A DNA stretch of 64,000 bases from an uncultured Bacteroidota bacterium (GTDB taxonomy: Bacteria; Bacteroidota; Bacteroidia; Chitinophagales; Chitinophagaceae): contig CAISOH010000208.1 of the NCBI GenBank assembly GCA_903887005.1, forward strand, positions 5,252 to 69,251. Direction: 5' to 3'. Shown in pieces: positions 20,412-28,823 of the stretch. The position numbers and the translations under genes were made by a program. The notes under the pieces are model-generated. The model saw only the letters and a program-made list of their open reading frames with translations. It was not told the origin of the DNA and searched no databases. Positions within the stretch are counted from its first letter, which is position 1. Each line of letters starts with the position of its first letter.

Positions 20412-20990
20412 CTAATCATCTAATCCCTTCCCATCCAGAATGTGCGGTATATATTTTTCAACCCTTGACTCCCGGGTTTTGGACTGTTTGGGCTGAGAAA
20501 AATGAAACAGGTAGGCTCTTTGCCGCCCCGGTGTCAACGCCTTAAAAGCAGTTTTCAATGCAGCATTTTTGTCCAGTTTACTTTGAAATTCTTCCGGAAT
20601 TTTATACTCTTCCGTCTTTTTTAATTCCACCTTCAAACCTACTTCTTCCACTTCAACTGCTTCATAAATATAGGCTTTCACGGTGGCTTCCATCTTTGCT
20701 ATTTCCCCGGCACTGGTGAACCGGATCTGGCGGGCTGACTGCACATTTTCCGTTTGTTGGATCAGAATGCCTTTGGCATCCTTTAGCAAGGCACCCTTGA
20801 AAAACAGCAACGCGCAGTATTCTTTAAAAACATGTATCAATACTATGTTGCTTTTCTGAAAAGTGTAACAAGGACAACCCCACTTCAATTCTTCCGTAAG
20901 ATGACAGTCAAGAACGATCGTTCTCAATAGCTCAATTTCTTCCTGCCACTTTTTGGCTTTACTAAAATAAAAATCAACCTTAGGATTCAT
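20412..20990 (-). CDS. YdeI/OmpD-associated family protein with DUF1801-like N-domain
   Basis: The N-terminus FYFSKAKKWQEEIELLRTIVLDCHLTEELKWGCPCYT and the C-terminus FKALTPGRQRAYLFHFSQPKQSKTRESRV resemble the YdeI/YdhG-like family as I remember it. Confidence 0.55.
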   Translation of the reverse strand: MNPKVDFYFSKAKKWQEEIELLRTIVLDCHLTEELKWGCPCYTFQKSNIVLIHVFKEYCALLFFKGALLKDAKGILIQQTENVQSARQIRFTSAGEIAKMEATVKAYIYEAVEVEEVGLKVELKKTEEYKIPEEFQSKLDKNAALKTAFKALTPGRQRAYLFHFSQPKQSKTRESRVEKYIPHILDGKGLDD

Positions 20991-21431
20991 GCTATTCTTT
21001 TATTGATTAACTAAAATAACGTTACAGGCAGAACGGATTAAATGCGTCCCTGTTATTATAACAAAGATGTTTCATCAAAGATACAAAAACCACTTTTCAA
21101 ATTCAATGAAGTGATTATATTCGTTATAGGTTGGCTGCATGTTGCACAATGGGACTGATGCCCGTGAGGACGTAAACAAAGTTTACGCCCAACTACGTTC
21201 TTTTTATTTTTTTTGAAGTTATGACCAATTAGTGGAATCACAGAGTAATGAAATTGTAAGTACTAGTTATTTTATCCACAGAAAGCACAACCAAAACATG
21301 CAATATCTTCCAATATGAGGCGCCGATGCATGAAAAATTTGTGCTGTAACCATCTTCCAAAGGGCGCAAATTCCACTAAAGACTTGCACTTTTGATAAAT
21401 CTGAAAAAATCCGAAAAATACAACAAATCCG

Positions 21432-21731
21432 TTGTCGGCTTTCTCATTTGGCCTGAATAGTTTTGTGTTTCCAAAAGGCACTTATGAAAAGAAGAAAATA
21501 CCATCTATTGATGCACCTGCAATCAGCAAACCGCTAAAAGAAGAATTTGAAAAATTCCTGGAATATGCACCTGCCAGACGATTAAGCTGCAACCTCCGCA
21601 ACCTGCTCCTGTGGTACCTTATACATGCTGAAGGTGAATATTTCTTTAACATGGATGACCTTTTATGTGACCTTACCTACTTGTTTGATTTACTTGATAC
21701 TGCGGAAAAAGAATTTCCAATCAACAAATAA
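21432..21731 (+). CDS. hypothetical protein (weak call)
   Basis: 99-aa ORF with only a TTG start. No motifs. It lies between an orphan copy of the pepE 3' end and pepE. Confidence 0.25.
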   Translation: MSAFSFGLNSFVFPKGTYEKKKIPSIDAPAISKPLKEEFEKFLEYAPARRLSCNLRNLLLWYLIHAEGEYFFNMDDLLCDLTYLFDLLDTAEKEFPINK

Positions 21732-21816
21732 AACAAACAGTAAATCAGGCAAATCACGGCTAATCTGAGGTTCAGATTAAGATATTCCCCTACTTTTACC
21801 CCCTAAAATACACACA

Positions 21817-22542
21817 GTGCAATATCCCATACTACTTATTTCCAGCTCGGCCGTGCATGGCTATGGTTATCTGGAATGTAACAAAGACGCCATAAAGGCA
21901 TTGATAAAAGACATCAGCACACCGGTGCTGTTCGTGCCATATGCGGCTGCCAGGAATGAATGGGATTCCTATACTGATAAAGTAAGGGCATTTTTCAGAA
22001 CGCTGGATATAGCGGTAACCGGCATACACACTGTGCCTCACGAAAAAATATTTACAGACTATGATGTGATATTTGTCGGTGGAGGCAACACGTTTCGCCT
22101 GCTCTATGAACTGCAACAGCAGGACTTGATGGGCTCTATACAGGAGGCAGTGCTTTCGGGCAAAATGAGGTATATGGGCAGCTCGGCCGGCACTAACCTG
22201 GCTACGCGCAGTATATGCACCACCAACGATATGCCCATTGTTTACCCAACTGGTGGATTTGAAGGACTTAACCTTTTTACTTACCAGGTAAATCCGCACT
22301 ATCTTGATCCGGAGCCGGACACCAGCCATAAGGGCGAAACCCGCGACCAGCGGCTGGCTGAGTTTCACCAGGAGAATAATACAACGGTAATAGGCCTGCG
22401 TGAGGGCGCTTACATCAATATTGACATAAACTTCGCTACTAACCATGAGCTATATATAGGCGGAATAAACGGCGCCAGAATATTCATGAAGGGCAAAGCG
22501 CCGTATGAGGCGCCGATGCATGAAAAGTTTGTACTGGAATGA
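21817..22542 (+). CDS. pepE: dipeptidase E (peptidase S51)
   Basis: 241 aa. LLISSS...GYGYL N-terminus, GGGNTF motif and a Ser nucleophile context (YMGSSAG), as in PepE. GTG start. Confidence 0.8.
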   Translation: MQYPILLISSSAVHGYGYLECNKDAIKALIKDISTPVLFVPYAAARNEWDSYTDKVRAFFRTLDIAVTGIHTVPHEKIFTDYDVIFVGGGNTFRLLYELQQQDLMGSIQEAVLSGKMRYMGSSAGTNLATRSICTTNDMPIVYPTGGFEGLNLFTYQVNPHYLDPEPDTSHKGETRDQRLAEFHQENNTTVIGLREGAYINIDINFATNHELYIGGINGARIFMKGKAPYEAPMHEKFVLE

Positions 22543-22630
22543 TACTTTCCTGGCGCAAAAAGCATCCAATTTTATATATCCTTTATGACTTGCTGGTACT
22601 TTTTTTGAACATACTTCATAAAACAGAAGT

Positions 22631-22849
22631 ATGAACCGGTTATTAATAATATTGGGTCTTATTATCATCCTCGCTGCCGGACTAAGTTCCTGCGCGGTAG
22701 ATTTATATCCCGGCGGGTATTATTATGGATATAGCTATCCCGTGTATGGTGGCGTTTACTACAGAGGGCATTACCATCATGATAATGGCTATCACGGCGG
22801 GCACCGGGGAGGCAGTTATCATGGCGGCCACCGCGGTGGCAGGCGATAG
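22631..22849 (+). CDS. small Gly/Tyr/His-rich lipoprotein
   Basis: Lipobox LAAGLSSC followed by low-complexity GGYYYGYSYPVYGG...HGGHRGGSYHGGHRGG. Confidence 0.45.
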   Translation: MNRLLIILGLIIILAAGLSSCAVDLYPGGYYYGYSYPVYGGVYYRGHYHHDNGYHGGHRGGSYHGGHRGGRR

Positions 22850-22960
22850 ATTAGAGGCGCCGTTGATTTTGGGCGTCTTACTTGCATTGCTGTAGTTTGG
22901 CTGGTTTTTTCATTTTCAGGTTGCGAAGAGTTTTCTTATAATATTTATTCTTTAAGTACG

Positions 22961-22976
22961 ACTGATTAATATCAGT
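22961..22976. promoter_or_regulatory. FNR/CRP-box-like palindrome ACTGAT-TAAT-ATCAGT upstream of marR copy 1
   Basis: Perfect inverted repeat about 80 bp upstream of the ATG at 23053. It resembles the TTGAT-N4-ATCAA class of Crp/Fnr sites. Confidence 0.45.
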
Positions 22977-22983
22977 CCTCCAC

Positions 22984-22995
22984 TGACGAAGGTCA
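22984..22995. promoter_or_regulatory. TGAC-N4-GTCA palindrome upstream of marR copy 1 (candidate MarR operator)
   Basis: TGACGAAGGTCA lies 58 bp before the ATG. The same palindrome occurs at the same distance before copy 3 and further upstream of copy 2. Confidence 0.4.
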
Positions 22996-23052
22996 TTGCC
23001 ATGTTTCTTAACCAGCTTCAACTTTGTACCACCATTAAAAGTAGTAACAACA

Positions 23053-23535
23053 ATGACACTAGAAAAAGAAATACACCAGGTAAGGCCTTTCCGGAATGAT
23101 TATCACAGAGCATTTGTAAACATTATTTATTCCGGCAAATGGATGTTACAGTTTAGTAATGATTTGCTGAAACCATATAATTTAACCCCTCAGCAATATA
23201 ACATCCTTCGCATTTTAAGGGGCCAGTATCCCGAGGCAAGCACCATCATATATATCCGCGAAAGGATGCTTGACCGCATGAGCGATGCATCAAGAATTGT
23301 TGAGGTCCTCCGGAAAAAAGGATTGGTTGAAAGAAATGTTTGCGAAGGCAACAGGCGCAGGATGGATGTTTTAATAACTGAGAAAGGGCTCTATCTGCTG
23401 TCGGAAATAGAAAAGGAAGAAAATGAACGGATGGATAAACACCTCTCCGCCTTGGATGAACAGGAGATTAACCAGCTAAATCTCCTTCTTGATCAACTAA
23501 GGAACCATACGGATTACGCTTTAAAATCAGCTTAA
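23053..23535 (+). CDS. MarR-family transcriptional regulator, paralogue 1
   Basis: Winged-helix core LTPQQYNILRILRG...IRERMLDRMSDASRIVEVLRKKGLVER...RRRMDVLITEKG. The ATG at 23053 is chosen by alignment with the paralogues (MTLEKEI...). Confidence 0.85.
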   Translation: MTLEKEIHQVRPFRNDYHRAFVNIIYSGKWMLQFSNDLLKPYNLTPQQYNILRILRGQYPEASTIIYIRERMLDRMSDASRIVEVLRKKGLVERNVCEGNRRRMDVLITEKGLYLLSEIEKEENERMDKHLSALDEQEINQLNLLLDQLRNHTDYALKSA

Positions 23536-23553
23536 TCATATTTTAGCGGATCC

Positions 23554-23579
23554 TAAAGTATGCGAAAACGCATACTTTA
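23554..23579 (+). terminator. perfect hairpin between marR copies 1 and 2 (terminator or operator)
   Basis: taaagtatgcg-aaaa-cgcatacttta has an 11-bp perfect stem. There is no clear T-tract, so its function is uncertain. Confidence 0.35.
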
Positions 23580-23582
23580 ATC

Positions 23583-23594
23583 TGACAAAAGTCA
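23583..23594. promoter_or_regulatory. TGAC-N4-GTCA palindrome upstream of marR copy 2
   Basis: TGACAAAAGTCA, 141 bp before the ATG at 23735. Confidence 0.3.
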
Positions 23595-23734
23595 TTTGTT
23601 AGCCGCAGAACCACGAATACTTTTGTATTCAATCAAACTCAGCAGGGGAATTCAGTGCCATATGCCGTAGAATACGGGTAAAAACATCAACTGCTAAAGC
23701 TATGCTCATTTAAACCGTTAATCAATTATTTACA

Positions 23735-24190
23735 ATGCTACCCGAAATAGAAATACAACAAACCAGGAACTTCAGGAATAATTATCATAAAGCATTTGTA
23801 AACATCATCTCTACCGGAAAATCGATGTTGCAATTTAATTCCGATTTCCTGAAGCCATACAACATAACTCCTCAGCAATTTAATATCCTTCGCATTTTAC
23901 GGGGTAAATATCCCGAAGCGCTGACAATAATATATATACGTGAAAGAATGCTTGATCGCATGAGCGATGCATCAAGAATTGTTGAACTTCTCAGGAAAAA
24001 AGGACTAATTGAAAGAAATATTTGTGAAGGCAACAGGCGAAGGATGGATGTTTTGTTAACTCAAAAAGGGCTCAATCTGCTGGATGAAATAGAAAAAGAA
24101 AATGAACGGATAGATAATCGTCTCTCCTCTTTAAAGGAGCAGGAGATCCTCCAACTCAATTTCCTTCTTGATAAACTAAGAAATCCTTAA
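23735..24190 (+). CDS. MarR-family transcriptional regulator, paralogue 2
   Basis: 151 aa, collinear with paralogues 1, 3 and 4. Identical core IIYIRERMLDRMSDASRIVELLRKKGLIERNICEGNRRRMDVL. Confidence 0.85.
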   Translation: MLPEIEIQQTRNFRNNYHKAFVNIISTGKSMLQFNSDFLKPYNITPQQFNILRILRGKYPEALTIIYIRERMLDRMSDASRIVELLRKKGLIERNICEGNRRRMDVLLTQKGLNLLDEIEKENERIDNRLSSLKEQEILQLNFLLDKLRNP

Positions 24191-24216
24191 TCTTTTATTT
24201 TTCGTGAACAGATTGA

Positions 24217-24230
24217 CTGATGAACATCAA
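24217..24230. promoter_or_regulatory. FNR/CRP-box-like site CTGAT-GAAC-ATCAA upstream of marR copy 3
   Basis: It holds the same position relative to the TGAC-N4-GTCA palindrome as the site upstream of copy 1, about 23 bp upstream of it. Confidence 0.4.
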
Positions 24231-24239
24231 TATCATCGC

Positions 24240-24251
24240 TGACAAAGGTCA
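24240..24251. promoter_or_regulatory. TGAC-N4-GTCA palindrome upstream of marR copy 3
   Basis: TGACAAAGGTCA lies 58 bp before the ATG at 24309, the same spacing as for copy 1. Confidence 0.4.
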
Positions 24252-24308
24252 GTGCCTAGTACTACAGCATATTGCACATTTGTATCGTCAATAATAGTGA
24301 TAACAACA

Positions 24309-24764
24309 ATGACATTAGAAAAAGACATACAACAGATTAAGCCATTCAGAAATGATTACCATAAAGCATTTGTAAACATTATTTTTACCGGCAAATGGGT
24401 GTTACAGTTTAATTATGATTTGCTGAAGCCATATAATTTAACTCCCCAGCAATACAACATACTTCGCATTTTACGGGGTAAATATCCCCAGGCAAGTACA
24501 ATAATTTATATCCGCGAAAGGATGCTTGACCGCATGAGCGATGCATCAAGGATCGTTGAGCTCCTCCGGAAAAAAGGATTGATTGAAAGGAATATTTGTG
24601 AAGACAACAGGCGCCGGATGGATGTTTTAATAACCCAAAAAGGGCTTGACCTGCTGGAGGAAATAGAACAGGAAAATGATCGTGTTGACAGCCGCCTCTC
24701 TGCATTAAATAATAAAGAAATTATTCAACTCAATTCCCTTCTGGATAAGCTAAGAGATGCATGA
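24309..24764 (+). CDS. MarR-family transcriptional regulator, paralogue 3
   Basis: 151 aa starting MTLEKDIQQIKPFRNDYHKAF. By-eye identity to paralogue 1 is roughly 75-80 percent. Confidence 0.85.
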   Translation: MTLEKDIQQIKPFRNDYHKAFVNIIFTGKWVLQFNYDLLKPYNLTPQQYNILRILRGKYPQASTIIYIRERMLDRMSDASRIVELLRKKGLIERNICEDNRRRMDVLITQKGLDLLEEIEQENDRVDSRLSALNNKEIIQLNSLLDKLRDA

Positions 24765-24848
24765 TCTTTATTAACCATTATCATTATTCATTTATATTTC
24801 ATTTTTATTCTAATATTTGCCCTTATTAATTGAAAACCATTTGATTGA

Positions 24849-24862
24849 CTGATTAAAATCAA
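24849..24862. promoter_or_regulatory. FNR/CRP-box-like site CTGAT-TAAA-ATCAA upstream of the Crp/Fnr gene
   Basis: It lies within gactgattaaaatcaa, about 80 bp before the predicted start at 24938. Confidence 0.45.
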
Positions 24863-24870
24863 TTCTATTT

Positions 24871-24884
24871 ATGATTATAATCAT
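24871..24884. promoter_or_regulatory. second palindrome ATGAT-TATA-ATCAT upstream of the Crp/Fnr gene
   Basis: Perfect 14-bp palindrome with a TGAT-N4-ATCA core, 22 bp downstream of the first box. Confidence 0.4.
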
Positions 24885-24937
24885 TATCTTGCTCTGTAAC
24901 CATAAAGACATTTGCCAATAATTTTTGTAACATTTCT

Positions 24938-25714
24938 TTGTTTACAATTAACAGTAAAAATTTGAAAACCATCAATTGTAAATCCTGCTTATGTGCAGAT
25001 TGTTTTGTAAAGTTGTGTTCTCCGGAATGGGTTCAGCAAATTGATCTTCTGAAATACCAGACTCTTTATAAGAAAAATCAAAACATCATCAATGAAGGTT
25101 TCCGGATTTTTGGTATTTTCTTTATTTTAAAAGGAAAAGTGAAAGTTTTTTCTACCGGATTAAACGGAAGGGAGCAAATCGTACGTTTTGCCAGTGACGG
25201 ACATATCCTTGGACACAGAAGTATTGGAAATGAAGTATATCCGGTTAGCGCCACAGCTATGGAAGACTCTCTCATCTGCTTTATCGAAAATGATACGCTG
25301 AATGAAATGTTTGTTGCCAATCCCGAATTTGTAATAGCACTGATGATGTATTATTCCCGTGAACTGCGCAAGTTAGAAAACAGGGTTAAGAACATTGTGC
25401 AGATGAACATAAGGGAGAAAACTGCAGAGACATTATTATTGATGCTTGAAAACTTCGGTATAAACAGAAGTAATGAATTGAACCTGTCTTTCTCCCGCGA
25501 AGACTTTGCCAGCTTTGCAGGCAGCACCCGGCAGCAGGTAGCCATGCAACTTACCGAATTTGAAAAAGACGGTTTTATTGAAAAACGCGGAAAAAAAATA
25601 GCCATGAATAATATTGAAGGATTACAAAAAATCATTGGTGCATTCAACCTGCAAATACCCTCCAATACATATCATCAGCAGCCTGAAAAGCAGCTTAACC
25701 TTAAGAACAACTAA
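24938..25714 (+). CDS. Crp/Fnr-family transcriptional regulator with N-terminal cysteine cluster (FNR-like)
   Basis: cNMP-binding-like beta-roll (FFILKGKVKVF...GREQIVRF) and a C-terminal HTH (SREDFASFAGSTRQQVAMQLTEFEKDGFI). The N-terminus has CKSCLCADCFVKLC (5 Cys), and a further Cys lies in LICFIEN. TTG start, no in-frame ATG nearby. Confidence 0.85.
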   Translation: MFTINSKNLKTINCKSCLCADCFVKLCSPEWVQQIDLLKYQTLYKKNQNIINEGFRIFGIFFILKGKVKVFSTGLNGREQIVRFASDGHILGHRSIGNEVYPVSATAMEDSLICFIENDTLNEMFVANPEFVIALMMYYSRELRKLENRVKNIVQMNIREKTAETLLLMLENFGINRSNELNLSFSREDFASFAGSTRQQVAMQLTEFEKDGFIEKRGKKIAMNNIEGLQKIIGAFNLQIPSNTYHQQPEKQLNLKNN

Positions 25715-26192
25715 TCACTTTATAACCTTAAAAAGCTCCCCTGAAGCTCTTCTTGCTGAGTACCCACCTTTAAGCCAAAGGGAAAAATATGAATGACTGA
25801 ATTCCCCGCGGAATCTGACACGCTTTTAGTAAATTATTTATAAACACTCATTGTAAGGGTGAAATAATCTATTTATCCTTAAGACCCCTCCGGTAACCTG
25901 GATAAGTAAAATGAACTGCAAACAAATGCAACTCATACTTCTTAGCGGCCTGGGCTTAAATGGCCCTTTTAAATTCATTTTCCCCTCTTCTATACTGGTT
26001 TTTGCAGGAAATGTCCGAAATAATTTGTAAAAAGTGTCCGAAAAAAGACAAATTAATATAAGCTAAGTCATGAAATGTTTTTTTTATACCCGATACATTT
26101 ACACCAACAATTGTTATAACAACTGTTGTTGTATTTAAATGTTGTTATACAATTCAAAATAAAGTATAAAAATATTTATGATATAAAAGCAA

Positions 26193-26206
26193 CTGATTAA
26201 AATATT
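26193..26206. promoter_or_regulatory. half-site CTGATTAAAATATT upstream of the nrfC-like operon
   Basis: It shares AACTGATTAAAAT with the sites at 24847 and 33574. The right half is degenerate. About 105 bp before the ATG at 26310. Confidence 0.25.
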
Positions 26207-26309
26207 ACTACGGAATAAAACACCTTTATATCTTTTTTTATAGCGTAATTTTTATATTTAGCATATTTTTTTATAGTTTTTTATTAAACCATTTAAATTT
26301 TCCCATATA

Positions 26310-27299
26310 ATGGCAGACCAAAATAACAAAAACGAAGACGGCTCCACCCTACCCGCTAGTAATTCAGGCAGGCGTAATTTCCTCAAGTTCGGTGCTTTGG
26401 CAGCAGGGCTTACTGTGGTGGGTGGCGGACTAACGAAAGTATTTTCCGGTGAAAAAGGTCAGAAAGTAAAATTGCTCTCCCCTGACGGCAAAGTGTACGA
26501 GGCGAATTCCGATCATCTGAAAGAGTTTCGTCCACCACCGGTTAGCAACGAAGAAGCGCGCAAAGGAATTCCGAACAAAAAATTCGTTATGGTAATTGAC
26601 CTGGCCAAATGCGACGGATGCAAGAAATGCACTGAAGCATGCCAGGCAATGCACTATACGGAATCTGACCGGGAATGGATCAAAGTATTCAAAATGCAGG
26701 AAGCAAATGCAGAAGCTCCTTTTTATTTTCCCAAACCCTGTTTCCATTGCGATAACCCTACCTGCACCAAAGTTTGTCCGGTGAATGCTACCTTCAAAAG
26801 GGAGGATGGAATAGTGCTGATAGATAATGAACGCTGCATAGGTTGCCGCATGTGCATGGCTGCCTGCCCTTATTCTACCCGTTTTTTCAACTGGAGCCAT
26901 CCAAGTTCAGCCCAGACCGCTGCACTTGGCAATATAAAGTATTCACCTGAACAGAGTGTTCCCCGCAGAATGGGTACTGTAGAAAAATGTGATTTCTGTC
27001 CGGATATGCTCCGTCAAGGTAAGATGCCTGCCTGCGTTAGCGGATGCCCGATGAACGTCATTTATTTTGGCGACCAGAATGAAGATGCAGTCACCAATGC
27101 AGCAGGAGTAACAGTTAAGTTAAGCAAATTACTTGCAGACAATGCCGGGTATAGGCACCTGGAAGAATTGGGAACCGAGCCGCGTGTATATTATCTGCCA
27201 CCCAAAAACAGAAAATATCCTGTTCCCGAAATGGAAAATATCGGAACAGATAAGAAGGTAAAAAAACACAATACAGACATGGGCAATATGGGAATGTAA
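26310..27299 (+). CDS. Tat-exported 4Fe-4S ferredoxin-type subunit (NrfC/PsrB/ActB2-like)
   Basis: Twin-arginine signal SGRRNFLKFGALAAG. Four Cys clusters: CDGCKKCTEAC, CFHCDNPTCTKVCP, CIGCRMCMAACP and CDFCPD...CVSGCP. Confidence 0.88.
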   Translation: MADQNNKNEDGSTLPASNSGRRNFLKFGALAAGLTVVGGGLTKVFSGEKGQKVKLLSPDGKVYEANSDHLKEFRPPPVSNEEARKGIPNKKFVMVIDLAKCDGCKKCTEACQAMHYTESDREWIKVFKMQEANAEAPFYFPKPCFHCDNPTCTKVCPVNATFKREDGIVLIDNERCIGCRMCMAACPYSTRFFNWSHPSSAQTAALGNIKYSPEQSVPRRMGTVEKCDFCPDMLRQGKMPACVSGCPMNVIYFGDQNEDAVTNAAGVTVKLSKLLADNAGYRHLEELGTEPRVYYLPPKNRKYPVPEMENIGTDKKVKKHNTDMGNMGM

Positions 27300-27347
27300 C
27301 ACTGTTATTAAACAAATAATTAATAATTAACAAAAAACTTTTCAATT

Positions 27348-28808
27348 TTGGCAAACGAAAAATATAATCTGAAAAACGAGATAGAAACCCTCCGCGAAGA
27401 TTGCCTTCGCCCTACAAGGACTTTTGGGCGCTCTACTCAAATATGGGTAGGTTGTTTACTTGTTATCATTGGATGGGGGCTTTATTGCTACATTCATCAA
27501 CTCAGGGACGGGTTGGGGGTAACAGCCATGCGAAACTATGTTTCCTGGGGGTTATACATTTCCACCTTTGTATTCTTTATAGGCATCAGCCACTCCGGCA
27601 CGCTTGTATCAGCCATCCTCCGTATTACCAAACAGGAATGGAGACGGCCTATAACACGTTCAGCAGAGCTGCTCACATTCGTATCCCTGTGCTTCGGCGG
27701 AATTCAACCCATCATTGATTTGGGACGCCCGGACAGGATCATGAACCTTGTCTTTTTCGGAAGGATACAATCACCACTCATATGGGATATTATCTCCATC
27801 ATGACCTACTTTACAGGCAGTACGGTATTCCTTTTCCTCCCTATGATACCTGATATGGCGCTTTGCCGGGACAGGTTAACCGTTGTCGATACCCGGTATA
27901 AGAAATTTAAAAAATGGTTGTACAAATTCCTGGCTATCGGATGGCAAGGCACTAAATCACAATGGCACCGTTTGGAATTGACCATGACCATTATGACTAT
28001 CGTGATTATTCCGGTGGCAGTATCCGTGCACACAGTGGTAAGTTACATTTTCGCCATGACATTGCGCCCGGGTTGGGACAGTACCGTATTCGGCCCCTAC
28101 TTTGTGGTTGGCGCGCTTTACTCAGGTTCTGCCTGTGTAATATTAGGAATGGCAGCATTCCGGAAACTGTACCACCTGGAAAAATATATCACTCCCCGGC
28201 ATTTTGATTTGATTGGACGTGTAGTATTGGCGCTGACAATGATTTATGCTTACATGAATCTGAATGAATACTGGATACCTGCTTATAAAATGGCAACCGC
28301 TGAAGGACATTTGCTGAACGACCTGTTTACCGGCAGTTACTCCACAGCATTCTGGACATGCCAGTTCGGTACCGTATTGTTGCCTATTGTTATTATGGCG
28401 TTCCCTAAAGGGCGAAAAATAACACCGCTTGTTATTACCTGCATTATTATAGCGGCGGGTGCATGGGTAAAAAGATACCTCATAGTGGTGCCAACACTAT
28501 TACATCCCTTTATGCCCATACAGGAAGTTCCGGGTACATGGTCCACTTACTTTCCTAACTATGTAGAGTTCTCTGTTACTGCAGCATGCCTGGCTGGAAT
28601 ATTTCTAATCATTACCCTCTTTTCAAAACTCTTCCCCATGATGGCTGTTTGGGAAGTAGAAGAAGGAATAGAAATAGATCACGATAAGCAAATGGCAATA
28701 GAACTCAGGGAGATAAGGTTAGCAGAGGAAGCGAAATTACTTGACCTGGCCAAAACAAATGGAGGAGTTGTAAATGAAGGTAACAAATCAATCACACAAC
28801 CAGCATAA
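27348..28808 (+). CDS. NrfD/PsrC/ActC-like polytopic quinol-interacting membrane subunit
   Basis: 486 aa with about 10 or more TM segments. SWGLYISTFVFFIGISHSGTLVSAILR...WRRPITRSAE matches my memory of the NrfD/ActC family consensus. It lies directly downstream of the NrfC-like gene. TTG start. Confidence 0.8.
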   Translation: MANEKYNLKNEIETLREDCLRPTRTFGRSTQIWVGCLLVIIGWGLYCYIHQLRDGLGVTAMRNYVSWGLYISTFVFFIGISHSGTLVSAILRITKQEWRRPITRSAELLTFVSLCFGGIQPIIDLGRPDRIMNLVFFGRIQSPLIWDIISIMTYFTGSTVFLFLPMIPDMALCRDRLTVVDTRYKKFKKWLYKFLAIGWQGTKSQWHRLELTMTIMTIVIIPVAVSVHTVVSYIFAMTLRPGWDSTVFGPYFVVGALYSGSACVILGMAAFRKLYHLEKYITPRHFDLIGRVVLALTMIYAYMNLNEYWIPAYKMATAEGHLLNDLFTGSYSTAFWTCQFGTVLLPIVIMAFPKGRKITPLVITCIIIAAGAWVKRYLIVVPTLLHPFMPIQEVPGTWSTYFPNYVEFSVTAACLAGIFLIITLFSKLFPMMAVWEVEEGIEIDHDKQMAIELREIRLAEEAKLLDLAKTNGGVVNEGNKSITQPA

Positions 28809-28823
28809 TAAATCAAATATATT

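Noticed and set aside
21832-22446. 204-aa antisense ORF within pepE. Comparable antisense ORFs lie within the nrfC-like gene (26430-26900), maeB (39763-40239), the ABC-F gene (51317-51778), sucC (54561-55175) and the pentapeptide gene (48119-48523).
   Set aside because: Each overlaps a gene with strong family motifs on the opposite strand and has no motifs of its own.
22996-23052. N-terminal extensions of the MarR ORFs in the ORF track (22996, 24252, 32934). Similar 5' extensions occur at 45627, 46316, 47568, 49090, 53999, 55316, 40451, 62791 and 19473.
   Set aside because: The extensions start at non-ATG codons and run through promoter, terminator or repeat DNA. They are not conserved between paralogues. 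Internal ATGs give N-termini that align between paralogues or match family N-termini and signal peptides.
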